A stretch of DNA of 64,000 bases from a virus (taxonomy: Duplodnaviria > Caudoviricetes). The notes below the pieces were generated by a model. It searched no databases. It saw nothing but the letters and a program-made list of their open reading frames with translations, and was not told the origin of the DNA. A program made the position numbers and the translations under genes. The DNA is taken from the IMG/VR virus record IMGVR_UViG_3300030708_002798; one strand, written 5' to 3'. Positions 1 to 9,811 of the stretch are shown one piece after another. Position 1 is the first letter of the stretch. Each line of letters opens with the position of its first letter.

Positions 1-51
1 GTAACTAATGGCAGCACAAGTTATTGCTTCCCTTGGAGTAGTCTGAGCCAT
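1..51 (-). CDS. 5' end of a gene running off the window (MAQTTPREAITCAAISY...)
   Basis: ATG at 51, open to the window edge, TAAATA late-type motif about 25 nt upstream. Confidence 0.5.
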   Translation of the reverse strand, partial: MAQTTPREAITCAAISY

Positions 52-127
52 TAGTTACTCTGTATACTTAGCTATATTTATCCTATCAACCCTAACAAAG
101 GTAGTCTACTCAAATTATGAGATCTTG

Positions 128-3100
128 TCAAGCATAGAATCCAGCATCGATCTCTACATTTACGATATTCAACACATCAACGTCATCTTCTTCACCAGTA
201 TCAACAGTTCCTGCTTCAAAGATTGTTGTCAATCCAAGAGTGCTGTTAAGGTTGATCAATAAGTTACTTATTTCTAGTTCAGATGGTAGTCCGTTGACAC
301 GCAGTGTACGATCTCTTCCAATTTCACCATCACCAGTGTCAGAAACATCAGTTGCAATAGCAATTCTTCCTGCGGATTGATCGTAGAAGACACCTGCATA
401 CTTATGAGTATTGACACCGACATCATAACGTGCTAAAAGAATACCAACGTCACCAGTATTACCTGCTGCTACGTTTGGTGGAATGAGTGATCCTTTAACC
501 AGAGGATCCTCAATGTTACCCATTGTGATTAGGTTATCTCTAATATCCAAATCATGGACGTTTAGAGATCCACTAATACCATTTGCAAATAGACTGTTAC
601 ATGTTAGATCACTAGTGATTCCAACATCACCAGTACCTTCAGACATCTTAATTGCGATGATACCGTCACCAGCACGCATAGTGCCAGTTCCAACTTGAAT
701 ATCACCTGCAAATTCTGTATTACTGTCAGAATCTAAGGTAATGTTATCTTGTCCATCACTTGAACGAATGATATTACCATCTACTTGAATTGCACCAACA
801 AATCTAGTAAAGTTGACATCATTCATGAAGATGTTAGTCGCACCAGTACCTGCTCTGATGTGATCTGTCTCAACTCTTAGAGCACCAGTAATACTTGTCT
901 GCTCTTGATTATCTGACAAAGTAATAGCAACCTGTCCATCGGAAGACTGGATGTTATTACCTTTGGTCATTATGTCACCATAAAAAATGGTCTTTGTATC
1001 ATCGACCATTTCGATGTTGGTAATACCAAATCCAGTTAGAAGTTTCTTACCACCAACAATGAGTTCATTAGTTGTTTGTACATATGTTGATCCAGTACCA
1101 ACTTCGATTGCAATTACATCATCATCTGAGGTGATTTGATTGTCTCTCAGACGTAAGATACCAGTTTCTGTAATTGTGTTTCTAAATGTGATAACACCGA
1201 CAGATTGACCACCAACAATAATATCTGTACCTTTTGTGAATAGGTCACATTGTTGTGATTGGTCTGCAATGTTGATTACATTAGAATCTACCTGAATGTA
1301 AGTACCACCAATCTGAACATAACCAACAAACTCAGTTTTAATATCTTCATGTAGAGTTATGTTGGTTGAACCTGTAGATGCTTGAATAAAGTCTTCAGAC
1401 AGTTGTAGTCTCTTAACTTCAGTAACATTACTGCGTATGGTTGTCATACCAGTAGTGTTATCTTGACCAATATCAATAAACTCTGCAGAACTTGCAACGT
1501 TTAGATACCTGACACCATAGTTTACAAGGTCAAATCTGAGATCTGGATCATCCTCAGCAGCATTGATTGCAGTACCAAGAACATTCAGATTGTTGTGAAC
1601 ATATAGACTCGTGCTAAATGTGTCCAGATAGAAACCTGGGTTCACAAACATCTGTGCTCCGACAGTATTTTGAGTTATACTATCATTTGCCATTGCTGGA
1701 TAGTAGAACTCAGGATCTATACTGTTAGTTTGATCCTGTCTTGTTACATCTACATTTTGTGCTCTTCTTGCTGTCGTAATATATGCTTCACTGATAACAT
1801 CTTCCTCACCAATTACGATGAGTTGACCTCTAATAGTTGTAATACCAACAAAATTATTGCTTAATGCCTCAACATTAGATAAAATTGATTTTCCTGGTTG
1901 GACAGTAAAATATACCTCTTCAGTATCTGTTCCACCACCAGCACCACCAACATCTAGATAACCAATGGTTGCTCCTAGACCAACGTCTAGGTTTATCATA
2001 TTTACCTGACTATCAGTTCCAGTTGGACCAAAGTCAGCACTTCTAGCAAATATTGTAGCCCAACGTGAGTTCTCAGTACCAATTCCATTTTCAACACCAT
2101 CATTTTGTGGAATTAGTTGATCAATACGAGCATTACTTAATTGTAACTGCAATCCATTACCTTCACTGTCTCCCATAGAGACTTCTGTTCCAGTAAAATC
2201 TACATCTCCAAAGAATCTAGAAGTAACTCTCTGAGTCTTATGATCTAAATCTCTTAATTCTCCAGAACCAGGATCTAATTGTCCACCAACATAGATTGCT
2301 TCACCAACAGATAGTGCATATCCAACTCTTCCATATGCTTTTGCTTCGATACCACCATCAGTAAAGATAGCTGCTGCATATCCAGTGCTACCAATACCTA
2401 CTGCTTCATCTGCTTCATTTTCTGCCTCAAGAACTTGTAACTGAACATTACCTGCGTTACCAGATCTTGATACAATTAAATTGCCATAAATGTCCATCTC
2501 TTCTGTGAAGAGTGAACGTGTTGACACGACAAAATGTGGTGAAATTTGAGATTCTGGTTCACCAAAACCAGAGAAATGTGCTCTACCAACTGATACTAAA
2601 GCAATTTCATTAGTGCCACCTAATGTTCCAACACCTGCCCTTGTTGATTTTGGATTAGCATCAATAACTAATGCACCCTGAATAATATCAGTAGTATCAT
2701 CAAAGTATGATGTAGTTATACCACCAATACCATAGTTTTTAGGACGATAAGTGCCAATACCACCACGCAGAGATTGCATGGCATCAGCAGCAAACTCAAC
2801 ACTTACTGCTTCCATACCAGCATAGATCCTACCCATGCCAGTATCACGGGCAAGTGTTGTAACACCCGTGACAACTAGATCTCTTGTAGTTGTTAATCCA
2901 CCAATATTTACTGGACCAGGGAATGTAGCACCAGTACCAGAGACTGAACCAGAAGAACCACCATCAACGTTCAAATCTCCATCAATTTGAACATCATCTA
3001 AGAAGAATGACTTATTATATACAATTAACGGGTCTTCAGCACCCCTAGTTTGTGCTTCTGATAGATAACCACTTACATCACTACCAATGCCAACACCACC

Positions 3101-3202
3101 AGTCTCAAACACCATGGATGTTTGGAGACCAATATTTTGATTAGCATCCTTAATATCAATAAAAGACGCAAATTGAGATAGTTCTCTGCTATTCCTTGTC
3201 AT
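128..3202 (-). CDS. virion structural / tail-fibre-like protein with ~30-aa beta repeats
   Basis: 1024-aa G/T/D-rich ORF; repeated I(R/Q)xxxGxxxIxxxxxxxTxFxGxxxV units; CTAAATA upstream. Confidence 0.7.
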   Translation of the reverse strand: MTRNSRELSQFASFIDIKDANQNIGLQTSMVFETGGVGIGSDVSGYLSEAQTRGAEDPLIVYNKSFFLDDVQIDGDLNVDGGSSGSVSGTGATFPGPVNIGGLTTTRDLVVTGVTTLARDTGMGRIYAGMEAVSVEFAADAMQSLRGGIGTYRPKNYGIGGITTSYFDDTTDIIQGALVIDANPKSTRAGVGTLGGTNEIALVSVGRAHFSGFGEPESQISPHFVVSTRSLFTEEMDIYGNLIVSRSGNAGNVQLQVLEAENEADEAVGIGSTGYAAAIFTDGGIEAKAYGRVGYALSVGEAIYVGGQLDPGSGELRDLDHKTQRVTSRFFGDVDFTGTEVSMGDSEGNGLQLQLSNARIDQLIPQNDGVENGIGTENSRWATIFARSADFGPTGTDSQVNMINLDVGLGATIGYLDVGGAGGGTDTEEVYFTVQPGKSILSNVEALSNNFVGITTIRGQLIVIGEEDVISEAYITTARRAQNVDVTRQDQTNSIDPEFYYPAMANDSITQNTVGAQMFVNPGFYLDTFSTSLYVHNNLNVLGTAINAAEDDPDLRFDLVNYGVRYLNVASSAEFIDIGQDNTTGMTTIRSNVTEVKRLQLSEDFIQASTGSTNITLHEDIKTEFVGYVQIGGTYIQVDSNVINIADQSQQCDLFTKGTDIIVGGQSVGVITFRNTITETGILRLRDNQITSDDDVIAIEVGTGSTYVQTTNELIVGGKKLLTGFGITNIEMVDDTKTIFYGDIMTKGNNIQSSDGQVAITLSDNQEQTSITGALRVETDHIRAGTGATNIFMNDVNFTRFVGAIQVDGNIIRSSDGQDNITLDSDSNTEFAGDIQVGTGTMRAGDGIIAIKMSEGTGDVGITSDLTCNSLFANGISGSLNVHDLDIRDNLITMGNIEDPLVKGSLIPPNVAAGNTGDVGILLARYDVGVNTHKYAGVFYDQSAGRIAIATDVSDTGDGEIGRDRTLRVNGLPSELEISNLLINLNSTLGLTTIFEAGTVDTGEEDDVDVLNIVNVEIDAGFYA

Positions 3203-3264
3203 CTATTATTCCCTAGCTAGGTGGATCTCTTAAGAGTATTTAGTTTCTCACAATCTCCTATTTA

Positions 3265-3480
3265 TTACCTAGGATACATTTGACCAGTCTGTGGTCTTCC
3301 TGGTGCGTTCCAACCTCGTTCAAGTGTAGTTAATCCAGATATACTGAAATCTTCAGATTCTAACTCCGAATCTGCAAAGATAGTATTGATTGTTCTATCT
3401 TCAGTACTAGCAACTTGAAAACCAGTAGAAAGACCAGAAGATACGACTGTTGTTAAATCAGAAAAAGCGTAATCTGCCAT
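3265..3480 (-). CDS. small protein coupled to the 564-aa gene; paralog of 5191..5433
   Basis: MADYxFSxL start, RPxxGQxYPR end, TGATG stop/start overlap. Confidence 0.8.
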   Translation of the reverse strand: MADYAFSDLTTVVSSGLSTGFQVASTEDRTINTIFADSELESEDFSISGLTTLERGWNAPGRPQTGQMYPR

Positions 3481-5174
3481 CAGACTCTCCTTGCACAGAA
3501 TAGAATTCCAGCAGTTTCTCCGAATTGATTATATGAACCATGAATTACTTCATATACTTCAGATCCACTGATTGTAATTGTATCTCCCTGCTGAATATTT
3601 GTTTCAGAAGCTGAATACTTGAAGTCAATCATTACAAAATCATCAGGCATATAATATGGACATGGAATCATTTTAGAACAAACTGGAATTCCTTTGATAA
3701 CAGCATTGTATGCAACATCAGAAGATAATTCTGTACCACTATAAGATTGTGATTTATGACCACCAGATCTTCTTACAAATATTCTGTTTGCACTATCATT
3801 AGGTTGAATTTTGTTATAACCACCATCAAGTTGAGATGAGAAATCACTAGCTGCACTGGAAAACTCAGAACCAGTTGATTCATAACTATCTACAATATGA
3901 ACATTATCATTACCACTAACAGTTGTACTGAGATATTTTTGTGCATAACCAGCATGTGCTGTTCTCCAGCAGTTAGCATCTTGAATTGTATAATAAGATT
4001 GAGAATAACTATGCTCCCAGTTAGTCATTCCTCCTATGAATGTTTCAAAATTGAGTCTAGGAACTGATGCTCCAGTAGCATTACTACATTCTCTTCCTTT
4101 AATTAAGGTAAGACCACTTTGGAATACGTGATCATAATCCCACAATGAAGATGTATAATTATGCATAAAGAATGTCAGGAATGTATTATCATCAATTCCC
4201 GTTCCAGATAGTGTTGGTTGAGTGAAAGAAAATACTGCAAATTTAGGATCAATAGATGATTGATACACTCTCAACTTTAGTTCATGAGTTGTTGGTGAAT
4301 TTGCTGTTGCAAATCTAATTATAGATCCAGTATCATTAGAACCATCTGCAGCACCTGTCTGATTATTTGCAAGCGAACCTTGTGTTCCAGAACCAGCTTG
4401 TGCTTCAGCATTTTTCAGTCCATAATGTGCAAAATATTGTGAAGTTAATGGGTTATACTGATCGCTATTATAACCTGCAAGATCTAAACCTCTTTGACCA
4501 CAATATCTGTAACCATATCCCATAGCACCATCACTGGTGTCTCTATATGTTGAACTTCCACCATCTGCTGCTTCATCATTGTATAGGGGTGAATAAGGGT
4601 GGAAGTCACTGCCAACATTAAATGTAAGTTGATAATCAGACCAAACTTGAAATGCGCGGAAAGAATTTCCAAATTTCTTATTTGCTTCTATTTCGTGTCT
4701 TAATACACCAAATGGATAGTCAGTTCCTACACCGACATTCTTCACGAAGAATGTTGAGGTTGTTCCGTATGAAACTGTAGATACACCACCGTGTACACTT
4801 ACAGTCACACCAATAGCAACAGCACCATTTGCAGAACCACCAATATCTTCGGCACTAAGAGTTACATATTCACCTTCAGTATATCCATAACCAGGACGAT
4901 TAACATGAAAATCGTTAACATTACCATTAGTATCTCTCGTGACCCAGAAACTTAATCCAGTTCCAATTCCAGTTGTTGTTGAGGTAAATACATCTTCATA
5001 AGTAGCAGAACCTGAAGTAGAACCACCACCGTCTCTTTCTTTTGCAAAAGTTACGATACCAGTTCTTGTAGCACCATGGAATTCTGCAATATCAAAAGCT
5101 TCTTCTAGTGCAAGAATGACATCAGATCTTGCCCATCCTACGGATTTTGTAATTGTGCTGATGGATACTGCCAT
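3480..5174 (-). CDS. putative virion/tail-associated protein; paralog of 5433..7391
   Basis: 564 aa; NRPGYGYT..VTLSAEDIGG and PCPYYxPDDFVxIDF blocks shared with the 652-aa gene. Confidence 0.75.
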   Translation of the reverse strand: MAVSISTITKSVGWARSDVILALEEAFDIAEFHGATRTGIVTFAKERDGGGSTSGSATYEDVFTSTTTGIGTGLSFWVTRDTNGNVNDFHVNRPGYGYTEGEYVTLSAEDIGGSANGAVAIGVTVSVHGGVSTVSYGTTSTFFVKNVGVGTDYPFGVLRHEIEANKKFGNSFRAFQVWSDYQLTFNVGSDFHPYSPLYNDEAADGGSSTYRDTSDGAMGYGYRYCGQRGLDLAGYNSDQYNPLTSQYFAHYGLKNAEAQAGSGTQGSLANNQTGAADGSNDTGSIIRFATANSPTTHELKLRVYQSSIDPKFAVFSFTQPTLSGTGIDDNTFLTFFMHNYTSSLWDYDHVFQSGLTLIKGRECSNATGASVPRLNFETFIGGMTNWEHSYSQSYYTIQDANCWRTAHAGYAQKYLSTTVSGNDNVHIVDSYESTGSEFSSAASDFSSQLDGGYNKIQPNDSANRIFVRRSGGHKSQSYSGTELSSDVAYNAVIKGIPVCSKMIPCPYYMPDDFVMIDFKYSASETNIQQGDTITISGSEVYEVIHGSYNQFGETAGILFCARRV

Positions 5175-5190
5175 TGGTTTTTATTTTTAG

Positions 5191-5433
5191 TTATTTATTA
5201 AATCTGGGATATAGTTGACCATTTGGTGGTCTATCCTGACTGCTATTAAAGACATTTCTGGTAGTAGAATGGTGGGAAAGGTGAAATGCTCCTAAAGGAA
5301 CCCCACCATTAGATACAGTCATATAAAAATCACTATTTCCTGATCTGATGTTATTGCCAGTGGTGAATCTGGCAGTATCATCAGAGTACATGTCAGTTGC
5401 TGCAGTTAAATGAGAAAATGAGTAATCTGCCAT
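5191..5433 (-). CDS. small protein coupled to the 652-aa gene; paralog of 3265..3480
   Basis: MADYSFSHL...RPPNGQLYPR; TAATG overlap. Confidence 0.8.
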   Translation of the reverse strand: MADYSFSHLTAATDMYSDDTARFTTGNNIRSGNSDFYMTVSNGGVPLGAFHLSHHSTTRNVFNSSQDRPPNGQLYPRFNK

Positions 5434-7391
5434 TAGGTTGTCCTCGCACAGAATGCAATACCTGTTGTACCTGAACTTTGATAATATGATGCAGTAATAA
5501 TAGTATAAATTTCACTACCACTAATAGTAATCGTATCACCCTGATCAATGAATTGATTAGATCCTGAATAGAAGAAATCAATTAGTACAAAATCATCTGG
5601 TAGATAATAAGGACAGGGTACTAGATTAGCATTAACAGGAATACCTTTGATAACTGGATTATAATCTATACCCACTACAGATTTATTATTAGATTCATAA
5701 GAACCATTCTTTCTGGTCAATCCAGAAGCTGTTGATCTAAAATAAACATGAACATCATCTGAAGTAGAGTAAGAAGAAGATGATCTACCAGGAACAATAT
5801 GAGAATAATAACGACATGCTACGTAATTTGAACTTTCATTTTGATTATCAACAAAGTGATAACCATATTCACCAGATCGTTTTGATGCGTCCTCTCCACT
5901 TAATCGTCTATTTCCACCACCATACATTCTGAATTCGAGATATGGGTTAGCACTTTCATGACCACCTCTAACAATTTCGGTGAGACCAGAAGTAAAGCAT
6001 TCATCTAAATCCCAAACATTTTGAGAGAAGTTATGGTAGAACCATACATCATAATTTCTGTCACTAATCTCTGTTGCAGATTTATATGGTGCTTTATATG
6101 CAAAAACTGCAAAATCAGTATCTTCACCAGATCTATAAACATTTAGATCAAGTTGAGTAGTAGTCTGTCCACCATTAGCGGCAAAGAACTGTTGACTATA
6201 TGTATTATCTGATAAGGTAGTAGTAAATCTATTTTGAGTGTATTGAATACTACCATACATATCCAATCCAAAAGCACCAGCACCTCTCTTTGGATAACCC
6301 ATACTTCCACTATGTTCACTTCCACCCCATCGATCTGATGGATTAAATCCACTATAAGCCCAATGAGTCATAAGACTATTGGAATTATTCATACCTAGAA
6401 TTCTATAAGTTGCACCAAACTTTTTATTTTCATCAAAACTTTGTCTCCACATTGCCCATGGATATGATGTATTAGTATAATCAACAAGATAATAACTATT
6501 TGTTGTACCAACACCAACACTAGAAATACCTGAAGTTGCTGCAGTTACGAGAACATCACCTTCTGGATAAGTTTCTTGTCTAAAGTCACTATTATCTTCT
6601 CTAATATAATATTTTCCTGCTTGACCAGAAATTGGAGTAAATTGAGAATTTGTATTTTCTGGATCATTAGCATTGTTGAAAAATGTTCTATTTGGAACTC
6701 TATTTTTATTGGTATATTCATACAAAAGTGATGAGTCCGAATAATAATTTGGTGTATTTTGCCAACATAGTGCAAAGTTAAACGAACCAGTATTATTATC
6801 AAACTTTAAAGTATCACCTTCTTGAATTGTTACGAATGTATCTGTGCAAGAACCAGAAACATAACCAGTTCTATCCCAACATTCGACTAGAAGTTCTGGT
6901 GAAGACCATGTGTAAGTTGCAATATACGAATTTCCACCAGTAACGTCAGCATCAATGATGACTGGAATTGTCATATCAGTGGCACCATTTGACGATCCAC
7001 CAATATCTTCAGCAGAAAGAGTTACAACTTCTCCTCCAGTGTAACCATAACCAGGACGATTTGCATAAATTTCTGAAATTACTGTTGCACCACTATTTCC
7101 AACTTTCCAATATCTTTCAACACGGAAAGATGCTCCAGTTCCAATACCAGTTGTCGATACTGGGAATACATCATCATATATTTCTTCATTAGTAATACCA
7201 CTTGTTTCACCATTAACTCCAGTTCCACCACCAAAGTAAGTTTGAAGACCAATTACTTTACCAGTTTCTGAAGATCCATTCCCAGCAATACTATGCCAAC
7301 CTAACCATTCTAGAGCCTCACCCATCTGCTCTAGAACATTTACTCTTGTCCAAGTTCCTGCGATAGAAACTGTAGTTGTAGTAATTGCCAT
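5433..7391 (-). CDS. putative virion/tail-associated protein; paralog of 3480..5174
   Basis: 652 aa, shared N- and C-terminal blocks, ends FCARTT versus FCARRV. Confidence 0.75.
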   Translation of the reverse strand: MAITTTTVSIAGTWTRVNVLEQMGEALEWLGWHSIAGNGSSETGKVIGLQTYFGGGTGVNGETSGITNEEIYDDVFPVSTTGIGTGASFRVERYWKVGNSGATVISEIYANRPGYGYTGGEVVTLSAEDIGGSSNGATDMTIPVIIDADVTGGNSYIATYTWSSPELLVECWDRTGYVSGSCTDTFVTIQEGDTLKFDNNTGSFNFALCWQNTPNYYSDSSLLYEYTNKNRVPNRTFFNNANDPENTNSQFTPISGQAGKYYIREDNSDFRQETYPEGDVLVTAATSGISSVGVGTTNSYYLVDYTNTSYPWAMWRQSFDENKKFGATYRILGMNNSNSLMTHWAYSGFNPSDRWGGSEHSGSMGYPKRGAGAFGLDMYGSIQYTQNRFTTTLSDNTYSQQFFAANGGQTTTQLDLNVYRSGEDTDFAVFAYKAPYKSATEISDRNYDVWFYHNFSQNVWDLDECFTSGLTEIVRGGHESANPYLEFRMYGGGNRRLSGEDASKRSGEYGYHFVDNQNESSNYVACRYYSHIVPGRSSSSYSTSDDVHVYFRSTASGLTRKNGSYESNNKSVVGIDYNPVIKGIPVNANLVPCPYYLPDDFVLIDFFYSGSNQFIDQGDTITISGSEIYTIITASYYQSSGTTGIAFCARTT

Positions 7392-7394
7392 TTA

Positions 7395-9794
7395 TTATGC
7401 CTCCAGTTGAAGAATGGTTAGGTTTGCTTCGATTGCTTGTGTTGATCCTGATAGATTAGTGATTGCCATATAGATTGTGGTATCAACTGGATCGTCCATA
7501 TTTCCACCCATTGTGAATGGTGAAATATTCTGTTGGGTTGAAATTCCTGTAGTTACAACTTCAGCAATAACACCACTTCCTGCTGCTGGATCTTCTCCAA
7601 CACTTCTGCTTGCGTCAGCAGATCTTGATGCACTATCAGTATATATTCTCAACCAACCTGCGGTGGATAGACCAACTTTCATTAGTGCATAAGACTTAAA
7701 TCCAGTAATGTCTGTATTTCCAATACCATTATTTGCAATAGATGTTGTAGTTCCAGAAACTCTTGTTCTTGTCTGTAGTGAACCACCAGATGCATTAATT
7801 GTTGCAATACCTGCATTTGAATCGTACTGAACGTCTAATCCAGTACCGAAATTAACAGTCTTTGCAGTACCAATGTTTGAATCATCATCCTCAACAACAA
7901 CACCTTCACCACTTGCATTAACATTAAGTAGTGCAGAACCATCAATAGCAGGTAGTGCTCCTGACAATTCTGAAGATTGTAGGTTAGTTAAACCAGCAGC
8001 AGAACCACCGAAGGATGCCGCAGTAACTCTTCCTGTTGATGGATTGTACTTGAATGAACCCGAATCAACCTGCATTACATGGCTTGCATTAGCACCACCA
8101 GTACCATCGAGGAATACTACATCATAATCTTGGTTATCATCTTCAGACTCATCAACATATACAGATGCCGCAGCAACGTCTCTTAAGTTAGAACCGTCAC
8201 CGTAGAATTCAGTTGCACTGACAATACCACTGGTTGCATTAAATGTAACAGCAGTACCGATCTTAGTTAGACCATCGATTGTTACAGCACCACCGATATC
8301 TAGAACATCAAATACTGATGTGCCAGTTGTGTTGATACCAGGAATATCTGCTGCATCTGCTGTAATTGTAACGACACCAGCAGAAACAGCAGAAACACTT
8401 AATCTGGAACCAAAGTTAATTGTTGCTGCAGCACCAATAGCACTGTCATCATCCTTAACTTCAACACCAGAACCAACAGCAGATACACCAGTTAGTGCAG
8501 AACCATCAAGTGCAGGTAATGCTCCTGTTAATTGACTGGAAAGAAGTGTTCCATAGAATGATGTTGCAGATACAACACCAGAAACTGTCAGCATTTCAGT
8601 TAGAACTGTGGTATTAATACCAACCTTTCCATCATCAGCAATATATTGTCTGATGTTTCCTTCATTATCTGAAATGACAACTCTATTTGATGCAGTTCTA
8701 ATATCTAAATCATCAGTATTACCATCATAACCACCAATTACAACATTATATTGACCACTTGTAATTCGTTGTCCTGCTTTAATACCAAGACCAATGTTAT
8801 ATGAACCACCAGTTACACTATTAAGTGCTAATTCACCAATACCAATGTTTCTACCACTACCACTAGAGAGTGAACCTAGAACCTGATCACCGATTGCTAT
8901 GTTTCTATTACTACCAGATCCAGCAGCAAGGTTACCAAATCTTAGGTTAGCTGATGCAGGTGCTTGAATTCTACCGTCAGCAATAGTTGCAATACCAGTA
9001 ATATTCAGAGTTGCTGCATCACATCTTCCACCACCTGTTAGGTTGATGGCATCTGTCATACTACCAGAAAAACTGGATGCAGTAACAATACCGTTTGGAG
9101 CATAAATGCCCTCTTCGTTGATTAATGTATTATCAGATTCTGCCGCATTTGCACCAATAAGTGCTGTAGCTGCATTGATCTGACCATCTGAAGAGACATT
9201 AAAATCTCCAGTAACAGTTACACCTGTACTGATAGTTTCAAGTTTTTTACTATCATTATAATAAAGTTCTAGAGCTCCCGCAGAAGTAGCTAAAAGTCTC
9301 TTTGATCCATTCTTATCAATTTTAACATTATCACCACGAAGGAACAATGTTTTACCAGAAGTCTGTTGGACAATTCCAACATCACCAGAAGTTTCGTATA
9401 TTGCTAAATCGTTATCGTCACCAATATTTAAAGTAGTAGCATCACCAATATTTACGGTACTTCCGAATGTAGAAACACCAGATACATTTAATGAGTTGGT
9501 ATTTACATTCGTAGTACCTCCACCACCGATAGCATTGCCATCAGCTTGTACAAATGAAGTAGCACGGATTGTTCCATCAACATCAATTGCTTGTTGTGGA
9601 AGAGTGCTACCAATACCTACAGAATAACCACTGCCAACAAGAACATTTGATTGAACTTTACCTCCAATCGTAACATCTGTACTAATCGCAACAGTGTTTG
9701 CGTCTAGATTAAGATTAGTGGGACTACTTAGTTTGGGGGTGCCAGATGAACCAATTAGTTCTATCTTCTTTACACCAAAATCCTTATTGGCCAT
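7395..9794 (-). CDS. tail fibre-like protein
   Basis: 799 aa, VGIGSTLP and GxxTAxSFxG fibre motifs, internal duplication. Confidence 0.7.
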   Translation of the reverse strand: MANKDFGVKKIELIGSSGTPKLSSPTNLNLDANTVAISTDVTIGGKVQSNVLVGSGYSVGIGSTLPQQAIDVDGTIRATSFVQADGNAIGGGGTTNVNTNSLNVSGVSTFGSTVNIGDATTLNIGDDNDLAIYETSGDVGIVQQTSGKTLFLRGDNVKIDKNGSKRLLATSAGALELYYNDSKKLETISTGVTVTGDFNVSSDGQINAATALIGANAAESDNTLINEEGIYAPNGIVTASSFSGSMTDAINLTGGGRCDAATLNITGIATIADGRIQAPASANLRFGNLAAGSGSNRNIAIGDQVLGSLSSGSGRNIGIGELALNSVTGGSYNIGLGIKAGQRITSGQYNVVIGGYDGNTDDLDIRTASNRVVISDNEGNIRQYIADDGKVGINTTVLTEMLTVSGVVSATSFYGTLLSSQLTGALPALDGSALTGVSAVGSGVEVKDDDSAIGAAATINFGSRLSVSAVSAGVVTITADAADIPGINTTGTSVFDVLDIGGAVTIDGLTKIGTAVTFNATSGIVSATEFYGDGSNLRDVAAASVYVDESEDDNQDYDVVFLDGTGGANASHVMQVDSGSFKYNPSTGRVTAASFGGSAAGLTNLQSSELSGALPAIDGSALLNVNASGEGVVVEDDDSNIGTAKTVNFGTGLDVQYDSNAGIATINASGGSLQTRTRVSGTTTSIANNGIGNTDITGFKSYALMKVGLSTAGWLRIYTDSASRSADASRSVGEDPAAGSGVIAEVVTTGISTQQNISPFTMGGNMDDPVDTTIYMAITNLSGSTQAIEANLTILQLEA

Positions 9795-9811
9795 AAGTCT
9801 TTTCTAGTTAT

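Noticed and set aside
3265-7391. Diversity-generating retroelement or invertible cassette behind the duplicated modules
   Set aside because: No reverse transcriptase or recombinase in the window, and the similarity is at the diverged protein level rather than near-identical DNA with adenine-specific changes.
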